Shown: in pieces, positions 27,150 to 34,821 of the stretch | Position numbering within the stretch: the first letter of the stretch is position 1 | Layout: each line of letters starts with the position of its first letter | Virus record (IMG/VR): IMGVR_UViG_3300005611_000090 | Location: 1-36,250 of that record | Origin: a virus | Lineage: Duplodnaviria; Caudoviricetes | Length of the DNA: 36,250 nucleotides | Reading direction: 5' to 3' (one strand) | Position numbers and translations under genes: made by a program | The notes under the pieces: generated by a model | What the model saw: the letters and a program-made list of their open reading frames with translations, nothing else | Databases searched by the model: none | What the model was told of the DNA's origin: nothing

Positions 27150-27311
27150 TTAAATGTTCTCCTTTTTAGCGGCCGCTTTGAGAGTGTAAAGCTTCTCCTT
27201 TTTGCGGTTGTACAACTTATTTGATTGTACCACTTTTAAACTAAATTTTGAAGACCTTAGGTTTTTTGCTATTGGGTTTCTTTTTGACTTGTAATCTTTT
27301 CTTTTTTTCAC
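27150..27311 (-). CDS. Small basic protein (53 aa, GTG start) with ArfA-like pattern, not in supplied track
   Basis: MKKRKDYKSKRNPIAKNLRSSKFSLKVVQSNKLYNRKKEKLYTLKAAAKKENI*. The stop abuts the ATG of 26454..27149. Confidence 0.55.
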   Translation of the reverse strand: MKKRKDYKSKRNPIAKNLRSSKFSLKVVQSNKLYNRKKEKLYTLKAAAKKENI

Positions 27312-27372
27312 CTCTAGCGCCTCTTAACTTGCCTTCTATTTGTTGTGGTATTTGTGATCGTCCTATTGGCAT
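27241..27372 (-). CDS. Small basic protein (43 aa), not in supplied track
   Basis: MPIGRSQIPQQIEGKLRGARGEKKKRLQVKKKPNSKKPKVFKI*. The ATG overlaps the endolysin stop (TAATG). Confidence 0.55.
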   Translation of the reverse strand: MPIGRSQIPQQIEGKLRGARGEKKKRLQVKKKPNSKKPKVFKI

Positions 27373-27848
27373 TATACTAAATCAGTAGCCTTTCCTATAA
27401 TTGGTTTATATTTAGTTTTACCATCTTCTTTAAAAGCTCGCAAGAATTGTTTTCTACCTTTTTCAGGAACATAGGATACATGACACCATCCACTATTTGG
27501 TTCTCCTGGAACATAGAACTCTAAAATCATTTGATCATAATCTAGGTTTTTATAAATCCAATCACAAACTTCTGCGTTGTCTTTACCTGGACATTCGAAA
27601 TCAACGGCTTCAGCTTTACAGTGCTGGCTATCAATCGAACTTCCTATTTTTAAACATAAATCTGGACTACGATAGCCGCTAGTCACTAAAACAGGGCCGA
27701 AGTGATCACGTACCGGTTGAAGTATATTTTCACACAATAATTTTAATTTTTCTATTTGATTAGCATTTGGATTATTATCAATGTTTAATCTAATTGCTGT
27801 ATCGGATTTTGTTAACTCTTGAAGAGTAAAATTTCTGGAAAGGTTCAT
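27372..27848 (-). CDS. Peptidase M15A-family (Zn D-Ala-D-Ala type) endolysin
   Basis: LSRNFTLQEL, VTSGYRS, SQHCKAEAVD (Hx6D) and WCHVSY (third Zn ligand). Confidence 0.85.
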   Translation of the reverse strand: MNLSRNFTLQELTKSDTAIRLNIDNNPNANQIEKLKLLCENILQPVRDHFGPVLVTSGYRSPDLCLKIGSSIDSQHCKAEAVDFECPGKDNAEVCDWIYKNLDYDQMILEFYVPGEPNSGWCHVSYVPEKGRKQFLRAFKEDGKTKYKPIIGKATDLV

Positions 27849-28066
27849 TATTTTGGTTTTATAATCTTGTCTATACTTATACTACCATCTATATTTTTTT
27901 CAACAGTAGCCTCTACTTCCCCGCACATTAATCTTTTATTATTCATTTCCATGTTTCGTGATGCTTCTCTCTTCATCTTAAGACATGTCGATATATCCGG
28001 CTGAATACGGTGCTCTATTAATTCACCACCTATAAATAAACATAATGCAATAACTGTTTGTATCAT
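27848..28066 (-). CDS. Small secreted/membrane-associated protein (72 aa)
   Basis: Short hydrophobic N-terminus, 3 Cys, TAATG-coupled on both sides within the candidate lysis cassette. Confidence 0.55.
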   Translation of the reverse strand: MIQTVIALCLFIGGELIEHRIQPDISTCLKMKREASRNMEMNNKRLMCGEVEATVEKNIDGSISIDKIIKPK

Positions 28067-28446
28067 TAGTGATTACCATTAAGTTTACCAATATTAGCTC
28101 TAACGCTATCTTTTAATTTTTCTGTATCTATTCTTAATCGTTCTACATCCATTTGTAGTCGTTCAATATTAACTCTATTGTTCATCATACCATCAACTCT
28201 TATCGTTAATTTTTCTAATCCTTCTGCTATATGTTCTAGTAACATAAATTGTTCTTGATCAATTGGTTTTTGTGCTGATGCTTCTAATAAGTCTTGTTCA
28301 AATAATTTATTTGCTGTTTCTAGTGCGTTCAATCTTTCAATAACACCAAACGCAAACCACGCGCCAATAACTACCGCTGCGATCAATCCTATTAAATTAC
28401 GTAACGGAAGACCGATACTTGTATTGTCGTCGATTTTTATTGACAT
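28066..28446 (-). CDS. Membrane-anchored coiled-coil protein (i-spanin/holin-like); start likely ATG 28446
   Basis: TM helix LIGLIAAVVIGAWFAFGVI followed by a long heptad-rich region, two genes upstream of the endolysin. Confidence 0.5.
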   Translation of the reverse strand: MSIKIDDNTSIGLPLRNLIGLIAAVVIGAWFAFGVIERLNALETANKLFEQDLLEASAQKPIDQEQFMLLEHIAEGLEKLTIRVDGMMNNRVNIERLQMDVERLRIDTEKLKDSVRANIGKLNGNH

Positions 28447-28571
28447 GATAAACACTCATCAGAATCAGAATCTAATTCTGTTAACGCTTCTTCCTTACAT
28501 TGTTGACTGCAAAATAAATCAAATTCATCTTTTGGTTCAAACTTTTTTTTACATTGTTTACATTGCTTCAT
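28437..28571 (-). CDS. Small Cys-rich protein (44 aa): Zn-ribbon-like motif plus acidic CxxC C-terminus, not in supplied track
   Basis: MKQCKQCKKKFEPKDEFDLFCSQQCKEEALTELDSDSDECLSCQ*. AAGGAG SD upstream. Fills the gap between neighbours. Confidence 0.75.
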   Translation of the reverse strand: MKQCKQCKKKFEPKDEFDLFCSQQCKEEALTELDSDSDECLSCQ

Positions 28572-28761
28572 CGTTGTACTCCTTAAATAGCCAGTTTACG
28601 TATCTTTGCCATAAAGATAATTTTTTGGGTTTTGATTTTAACACTAAAGGTGTACAGCTGCAACTATCACAAATACAACTATCACATTTATTTGTATTTA
28701 AATTATAACCTTTGCCATAACAATGACATGCATGATCACATATTTTACATTTTTTCTTCAT
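28558..28761 (-). CDS. Small metallothionein-like Cys/His-rich protein (start likely ATG 28761)
   Basis: MKKKCKICDHACHC...KCDSCICDSCSC has 9 Cys and 2 His in the first 36 residues. GAGGA SD-like sequence precedes 28761. Confidence 0.6.
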   Translation of the reverse strand: MKKKCKICDHACHCYGKGYNLNTNKCDSCICDSCSCTPLVLKSKPKKLSLWQRYVNWLFKEYNDEAM

Positions 28762-29401
28762 CTTTGTCCTCAATACTATAAAACATTTTATCAGAATCTT
28801 CTGTTACCCAATCACCGCCTTCTGCATCCCAATACGTAGTTTGTACTTTGTAATCGGGCCATTCATTCTCGGTTGTGTAACTATTAACATGCCAAATGAT
28901 TCTGTTGTTTGGCTGCGCGGCGAAGTTGCCGTTTTCTAATTGCATTATGTGAGCACACTTATGTTCTTGTGGAATCTCAGAATGTTCAACGTCTAATATA
29001 TTAGTGTCTGGATGTGCCCAGTCAATAGTAAATAAGTATTGACCTTTGTAAAATTTTTTATCTTTACCTAAAAATTTACCGTTTATACCATCCAACCAAT
29101 CAAAGCAATGCACGCTAGGATAATAACTAAAACAGTTCCACAGTTGTAACTCGTTCGTCTGCATATCCGGCACATCGGCTCGATCATATTGTTTTTGGAA
29201 AAACGCTGAGATAGGCAAACGCCAAAAGCACGCACCATTGGGTAGCATGATGTTAAATAAGAGAGCCCTTCCTGAAATAGAGCTAACACCAAAGATAACG
29301 CATTCACGACTATCGTTCTTATATTTTTCATCCATGTCATAAAGATATTCCCTCCTTATTTTGCAGTAAATGGGTGGTATATTCGCATTTAAATAGGCCA
29401 T
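28745..29401 (-). CDS. Conserved-looking phage hypothetical protein (218 aa)
   Basis: Aromatic-rich globular protein with EHKCAH...GNFAAQPNNRI. GAGG SD. No function recognised. Confidence 0.7.
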   Translation of the reverse strand: MAYLNANIPPIYCKIRREYLYDMDEKYKNDSRECVIFGVSSISGRALLFNIMLPNGACFWRLPISAFFQKQYDRADVPDMQTNELQLWNCFSYYPSVHCFDWLDGINGKFLGKDKKFYKGQYLFTIDWAHPDTNILDVEHSEIPQEHKCAHIMQLENGNFAAQPNNRIIWHVNSYTTENEWPDYKVQTTYWDAEGGDWVTEDSDKMFYSIEDKDEEKM

Positions 29402-29412
29402 AGTTCCTCATA

Positions 29413-31350
29413 TTATTTAATTTCGCCCCAATTAGGACCCTTTTCATAATCAACTTTATTAGGAACTTCTAGATTTACTGCCTGTTCCATTATTTGTTTT
29501 ATTTTATCAGCTTGTGATTCTGATTCAATAGAAAAATCTAATTCATCATGTATTTGTATATGACCTATTAAACCTTCTTTATATAAATCAACCATTGCTT
29601 TTTTAGTCATATCTGCAGCTGATCCCTGAATTAATTTATTTAAAGCTTTATAAGTAAATGCTCTACGTGTTGAATTTTCATGCCAATAATTTTTCTTTGG
29701 ATTACCATCTTTATCTTTTATAATATTACCTTCAAAATCTTTTAAGTGAGGGCCCATTTCTTGTAGTTCTCTCATACGTTCATCATCTTCTGGTGGTACA
29801 TATGTTCCCCAATCTGCACCTCTTAAGATAGGTTCATACTTAGGAAACCTACAACGTCTGCCTAACAATGTTTTAATTTGTCCTCTGGACTCTGCAGCTT
29901 TCATAACTTTATTCATCAACTGTTTAACGAATGGCGCTTGACCGTGATATTTTGCAAATAGTTCTTCTGATTTTTCTTTTGATACACCTAACTCACCTTG
30001 TAGTTTTGCTTTACCCATACCATAAAACAAACCTAGATTAATTGTCTTAGCTTGTGATCTTGGTATTGATGCCATCTCTGCAACTATTTTGTGAAAGTCT
30101 GTTGAAGGATCATTTTCATATGAGTCTGCAATTGTATTTACAGAAGGGAGTCCAAATTTTAATGCATAGTGTGCAACCAATCTTGGTTCCTGTTGCGAGT
30201 AATCAAATGTTCCCCAGTTACAACCTTGTTCAGGTATAAACAATGATCGAAGGAGTGGCCCTGTTTCCGGATCCCTGGCGGGTATCTGCTGTAGGTTTGG
30301 ATTCGAATAACTAAATCGTCCGGTAACAGTTCCACCATCATCCGATCGTATTTGATTGATGTCTGCATGGATTCTGCCATTGTGTTCATGCTTAAAAATA
30401 GTGTCAATAAATGTAGTTCTGACCTTGTTTATTTTTCTAGCTTCTGCTATCATGTTGACTACAGGATGAGCATGATTAGTAATAAAATTTTTTGTAAATG
30501 AAGGAGAGTCCGTCTTTTCAGTTCGGCTATAAGGTAGCTTCAGTTTTTCAAAAACTTTGGCAATGCTTGCTGCAGCCCATATCTGAGTATCTACTCCTGT
30601 TTCTATTTTTATTTGTTGCAATAGGTTTTGTTCTTTTGCTGCCAGTGCTATTTTTAATTGACCGGCTTTTTCAATATCTACCCGCACCCCTAGGTGACGC
30701 ATATCAACTAGACAAGGAAAAAGATCAGTCTCTAAATTAAATATATCTTGAAGATCATCTTCAACAATTACTTTTTTTAATTTGTGCCAAAGTCTTAAAG
30801 TTAGTTCAGCATCTTTTTCACCATAAGCTCCAACTTCCATCGCAGGCATTCTCCACATATCTGCTTTAGGATCCAATCCTCTTTCTTTAGCAGCGTCGTT
30901 TAATCTTGCTTCGCTTTTACCTTCACCTAAATGATGCCAAGATAAAGTATTCAACGTATATGAGAATCTGTTTTCATCTATTAGACTGGCTGCAATCATT
31001 GTATCTACGATTAAACCATTGATTTTTATACCTAAATTACGTATCCAACATACGTCATACATTGCGTTATGAAATATTTTTGTAGCAGGTGATGCACAAA
31101 TATCTTTAAACCATTCTAAAGTTTTCTTTCGATCTAAGTTTGGTCCTTCTTCATGAGCTATTGGAAAGTATCCTTTGTATCCATCTACAGCAACAGCTAT
31201 ACCTACAACTTCACCATTACCGGTGATTGCACCAGAACCAATAGATTTTAAATCAGGATCTCTAGTCTCTAAGTCAATTGCAATTTCATCTGCGTTCCTT
31301 AAATCAGGAAACTCTGTAGGCATGTTCCATTCTGTCTGTGGTACTATCAT
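29413..31350 (-). CDS. polA: Family A DNA polymerase with 3'-5' exonuclease domain
   Basis: Exo motifs IDLET, FHNAMYD and YGEKD. Polymerase motifs TGRFSYSNPNLQQIP, DYSQQEPR (A), RSQAKTINLGLFYGMG (B), IQGSAAD and IHDEL (C). Confidence 0.95.
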   Translation of the reverse strand: MIVPQTEWNMPTEFPDLRNADEIAIDLETRDPDLKSIGSGAITGNGEVVGIAVAVDGYKGYFPIAHEEGPNLDRKKTLEWFKDICASPATKIFHNAMYDVCWIRNLGIKINGLIVDTMIAASLIDENRFSYTLNTLSWHHLGEGKSEARLNDAAKERGLDPKADMWRMPAMEVGAYGEKDAELTLRLWHKLKKVIVEDDLQDIFNLETDLFPCLVDMRHLGVRVDIEKAGQLKIALAAKEQNLLQQIKIETGVDTQIWAAASIAKVFEKLKLPYSRTEKTDSPSFTKNFITNHAHPVVNMIAEARKINKVRTTFIDTIFKHEHNGRIHADINQIRSDDGGTVTGRFSYSNPNLQQIPARDPETGPLLRSLFIPEQGCNWGTFDYSQQEPRLVAHYALKFGLPSVNTIADSYENDPSTDFHKIVAEMASIPRSQAKTINLGLFYGMGKAKLQGELGVSKEKSEELFAKYHGQAPFVKQLMNKVMKAAESRGQIKTLLGRRCRFPKYEPILRGADWGTYVPPEDDERMRELQEMGPHLKDFEGNIIKDKDGNPKKNYWHENSTRRAFTYKALNKLIQGSAADMTKKAMVDLYKEGLIGHIQIHDELDFSIESESQADKIKQIMEQAVNLEVPNKVDYEKGPNWGEIK

Positions 31351-31421
31351 ATTAACCTAGTCCAAAAGTAATAAGTACATATAGTCATAAAACATAAATC
31401 GTAGACTGCTAATATATTCAT
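31347..31421 (-). CDS. Hydrophobic 24-aa mini-ORF, not in supplied track
   Basis: MNILAVYDLCFMTICTYYFWTRLI*. ATGA overlaps with both the upstream gene stop and the polymerase start. Confidence 0.55.
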   Translation of the reverse strand: MNILAVYDLCFMTICTYYFWTRLI

Positions 31422-31666
31422 TTCTTTTTACCCATGTCTTTCATCTTTTTAATTTCTAATTCACAATAGTGAATTACTTTTTCTAAATCTTGTATACCAT
31501 TTTTATTTTTATAACGGCACACATATTTTATAACATTCCCTTGGAAAAAAGAAAGCTCATTCTTTGAAATAAACTCGTAAGGTTGGATGTGAAAATCTTT
31601 GTAGTGACTCCCACCTATTTGCTTATCTTGTGGAAAAGCACTTTCAAACATATCTTTACTTGTCAT
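31418..31666 (-). CDS. DUF3310 / SaV-like protein (T7 gp1.7 nucleotide-kinase-related family)
   Basis: QIGGSHY...IQPYEFI...FFQGNVIKYVCRYKNKNGIQDLEK. Confidence 0.85.
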   Translation of the reverse strand: MTSKDMFESAFPQDKQIGGSHYKDFHIQPYEFISKNELSFFQGNVIKYVCRYKNKNGIQDLEKVIHYCELEIKKMKDMGKKK

Positions 31667-33108
31667 AATTGATAACCCTTTCTTGATTTGTTTAGTTTTA
31701 GTTTATATAAATTGTTACGTGCTCTTGTAGTTCCTACGTACCAAACTCTATGTTCTTCATCGGCTTTATCTTGACTTTGTTTTATTGCTTTGATGATTTT
31801 ATCACCCATGTCTAAACATAGAATTACATTGTCTTGTTCTCCACCTTTAATAGCATGTATAGTGGATAACCATATTCTTGCAGGTTCTTTTAAATTTTCT
31901 TTATTCTCTAATAAATTTACTAAATATTCTTTATCAATATCTTTAACTAATTTAAATGCATCAAACCAAGTTTTATTTTTATTTAGTTTCACATCTCCTG
32001 TAAAATCTTTTATATTTTTTATTTCTTCTTCTGTTAACTCTTCACCTTTACGCCATTCATTATAGCTATTCATAGCATTAAACATTCTGACTTTAATACT
32101 TTTACCTCTGTTACTTTCAAAATATAAACCTTTTTCTATTAACATATCTTGTATTTTTAAAAGTTTAGATACTGTTCTAGTTAAAATTAACCATTTACCT
32201 TTAGTTAAATCTATCTCATCTAAATTGTATATCTCTTCGCATTTACCTTGATAGTTTCTTGGATAATATTTTTTTAATTTTCTAACACCTATAATATTAT
32301 TAATAGGTACAGTTGATTGTAATTGAACTGATTTAGATATTCTTTTTGAATATTTCAAAGTCTTTTCTTTCGCAGGTTCTTCAATAAATCTTTTTACATC
32401 TGCACCGGCCCATGCAAATATGGCTTGATCATCATCACCCGCTAAGTAAATATCTTTAGTTTTTGTTTTTAAAATATCATATAGTTTCCACTGTAATGGT
32501 GATAAATCTTGAGCTTCATCAATAAATATAACATCAAACTCAGGTATGTTTTCTGGTTGACTAATTAAAATTTCAATCATGTTATTAAAATCCAATAATT
32601 TTTTTTTAGATTTATATTCAATTAAATTATTGTAGATATGATTTAAAGGTGTCCAGTCTACATTTTTTGGATCATGTTCTTCTAAATCAAATTCTTTTCT
32701 AATATCTGTACATTTATTTACAGCTCTATTTATTATTTGAAAGTACGGGTTTTCAAAACCTAAGTAAAAAGATTCATCTTTATTATATCTATCATAAAAT
32801 TTTACTTGAAGATTTAACTTCTTACCAAATTCCTCATAGTGATAAGGTTGCATAATATCTTCTTGACTAATATTTAAGTCATTAACTTTTATACATTCAA
32901 ATGCTAAAGCGTGTAATGTTTTAAAATATTTTAATTTTTTGTTTTCAAAAGGCATTCTTTGTTTAGCTTCCTCCGCAGCTTTCTTAGTAAAAGCAAAATA
33001 ACCAATACGGTGTAAAGGTATTTTATATTTTCTAGCATAAGCTTTTGCTCTGCTAATTAATCTATAAGTCTTACCTGTACCTGGAGGACCATAATATTTA
33101 TAAATCAT
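31663..33108 (-). CDS. Superfamily 1 (UvrD/Rep-like) DNA helicase
   Basis: GPPGTGKT, AFTKKAA, TLHA, IDEAQD, GDDDQAIF, STIHAIKGGE and YVGTTRA. Confidence 0.92.
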   Translation of the reverse strand: MIYKYYGPPGTGKTYRLISRAKAYARKYKIPLHRIGYFAFTKKAAEEAKQRMPFENKKLKYFKTLHALAFECIKVNDLNISQEDIMQPYHYEEFGKKLNLQVKFYDRYNKDESFYLGFENPYFQIINRAVNKCTDIRKEFDLEEHDPKNVDWTPLNHIYNNLIEYKSKKKLLDFNNMIEILISQPENIPEFDVIFIDEAQDLSPLQWKLYDILKTKTKDIYLAGDDDQAIFAWAGADVKRFIEEPAKEKTLKYSKRISKSVQLQSTVPINNIIGVRKLKKYYPRNYQGKCEEIYNLDEIDLTKGKWLILTRTVSKLLKIQDMLIEKGLYFESNRGKSIKVRMFNAMNSYNEWRKGEELTEEEIKNIKDFTGDVKLNKNKTWFDAFKLVKDIDKEYLVNLLENKENLKEPARIWLSTIHAIKGGEQDNVILCLDMGDKIIKAIKQSQDKADEEHRVWYVGTTRARNNLYKLKLNKSRKGYQL

Positions 33109-34745
33109 ACTATATTGTCTTGACTTTCTATTTCGATAGTTTCTTTAACTTCTTCTGGTTTTTCAAAAATATGTAAAGGTATTCTTGCTACTCTTATTGG
33201 TTTAAAATAATTACCTTCATCGTCTTGACCTGGAAATCTTTTTTGTTTACCAAATAAAGCTCTTCTGTTTTGATCCTTATCTTCATTATTAAATAGTTCA
33301 TGTGAAATCATGTATGATGTTTTCTGTGCATCGTATTTCCATTCTTCATTTTTTAATTTGTCAAAGAATTTATCAAACACAAACCATGCAAACTCACCTT
33401 CAACTAAAGGTCTACCACTTTCAAATGACATATAGTTTGTTGCCTGAGCCCCGTATATATGTTTCTCCAATAATTTTTTAAGTATATCAATTGGACTAGT
33501 TCCTTCTGCAGGTTCTATAATTTCTATTTTATCTTTACCACTTATTGATTTTAATATTTCATCAAACTGATCTTGTTTAATTGATGGTGCTACAATAATA
33601 GCTTGTTCAAACAACACCGTTTTAAATTCATGAACCTGTGTTAGTTTATAAGTATTTTTTAAATGAAGTTGTATAGTTTCTTTTTCGTCTGGATGTTCTA
33701 CAGTCACTCTCCATTCTGGATTAGGTTTAATATTTATTTTTTGTAAATTACTTAGTGTTGGATAGTTTGCTTTCTCTCCAGATAAAACACCAAACTTTCT
33801 CTTTATACATAATGCTTTCATACAGTTTGGTTCTAATAATGGATCTGTACAAGTAAAACCTTTCTTTTGTTTTTCCCAACTACCTATTTTCTTTTCTATA
33901 TGTGTATCAGTCCAATGCTCATCAAACGTAAAATATTTTCTACCTGCTTGTACAACCATTTTCTTCCAAGTATCTTCACCAGGATATTTCTTTTTAGCCA
34001 TTACCATGTAATTATATAGGAACCTATCTCTACCATCTGTAAATACCATAATTTCTTTAGTTAATTTTTGTAGACATGGTGGTCCATCTTCAAATTCTTC
34101 TCCACCACCTTTTAATTCAGAATAAATTATATCTTCTTTTATTTTTTTAAAATCTTTTGGATCTACTAAATTTAATCCAACTGTTTGTACAAATTTTTCA
34201 AATGGCATTTGACTACCATCTATATCTAATGCTTTTCTATCATTACCGTTGTATGGTAAATTTATAAAATTACCATTAGATACTGTTCCATCAGTTGATA
34301 TTAACTGTGTTTGTTTTGGAAATATCTCTGTTGCATGTGGTAATTTAAATGGAACCAACAACTCTTCTAAAAAACTTCGTATCTCTTTTGCTTTAACCAA
34401 CCGAGCGGTGAATACATATAAATGCAGTCCACCACTCTTTGATAATATAGGTATTATTGGTAGGTTCTTATCTTGGATGACATCAAGATAAAATTTTTTA
34501 TCTATTGGATATTTATCCACATCAATTGCACCAAACCTTGCCATACCCTCATCGGTACATGGTTGTATTCCAATTGATTTAATTCCTTTTAAATGATCTA
34601 AGTAATCTTGATCAGTGACTGGTTCTTTAGTCCATTCATGTTTCCATTTTTTCTTTCCTGTTTCCGGATCTATGTAACCGTCATCAACTTTGCAGACACC
34701 ATAACTTCTCGTTAGTCCACTAAAATATTCTATGTATTCTTTCAT
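33105..34745 (-). CDS. Archaeo-eukaryotic primase-like (primase-polymerase) protein
   Basis: AIDVD (DxD) and SKSGGLHLY (sxH) motifs, GNFINLPY, downstream PPCL and Cys cluster. No Walker A seen. Confidence 0.8.
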   Translation of the reverse strand: MKEYIEYFSGLTRSYGVCKVDDGYIDPETGKKKWKHEWTKEPVTDQDYLDHLKGIKSIGIQPCTDEGMARFGAIDVDKYPIDKKFYLDVIQDKNLPIIPILSKSGGLHLYVFTARLVKAKEIRSFLEELLVPFKLPHATEIFPKQTQLISTDGTVSNGNFINLPYNGNDRKALDIDGSQMPFEKFVQTVGLNLVDPKDFKKIKEDIIYSELKGGGEEFEDGPPCLQKLTKEIMVFTDGRDRFLYNYMVMAKKKYPGEDTWKKMVVQAGRKYFTFDEHWTDTHIEKKIGSWEKQKKGFTCTDPLLEPNCMKALCIKRKFGVLSGEKANYPTLSNLQKINIKPNPEWRVTVEHPDEKETIQLHLKNTYKLTQVHEFKTVLFEQAIIVAPSIKQDQFDEILKSISGKDKIEIIEPAEGTSPIDILKKLLEKHIYGAQATNYMSFESGRPLVEGEFAWFVFDKFFDKLKNEEWKYDAQKTSYMISHELFNNEDKDQNRRALFGKQKRFPGQDDEGNYFKPIRVARIPLHIFEKPEEVKETIEIESQDNIV

Positions 34746-34759
34746 TTGTCATCCTTTTT

Positions 34760-34797
34760 AATTAATAAAGGTGGGCCAGTCTCCCGACCCTACCTTT
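34760..34797 (-). terminator. Rho-independent terminator-like hairpin downstream of the SSB-like gene
   Basis: Minus-strand RNA AAAGGU-A-GGGUCGG-GAGA-CUGGCCC-ACCUUU with a GNRA loop, followed by AU-rich UUUAUUAAUU. Confidence 0.7.
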
Positions 34798-34821
34798 TCT
34801 TGCAAGTGTTCCCTTAGGGAA

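Noticed and set aside
29660-29850. Intein or intron in the PolA insertion
   Set aside because: The frame is uninterrupted, the insert is only about 55 aa, and it has no C-terminal HN-(C/S/T) splice junction.
29083-30407. Alternate-frame minus-strand ORFs 29083..29340 and 30159..30407
   Set aside because: Fully nested in the 218-aa gene and polA, with no motifs or coupling. Likely chance open frames.
343-34491. All plus-strand ORFs in the supplied track (for example 754..1236, 3397..3852, 6811..7380, 12264..12605)
   Set aside because: They lie antisense to well-supported, tightly coupled minus-strand genes and show no recognisable motifs. 6811..7380 is a shadow of the Gly/Gln repeat gene.
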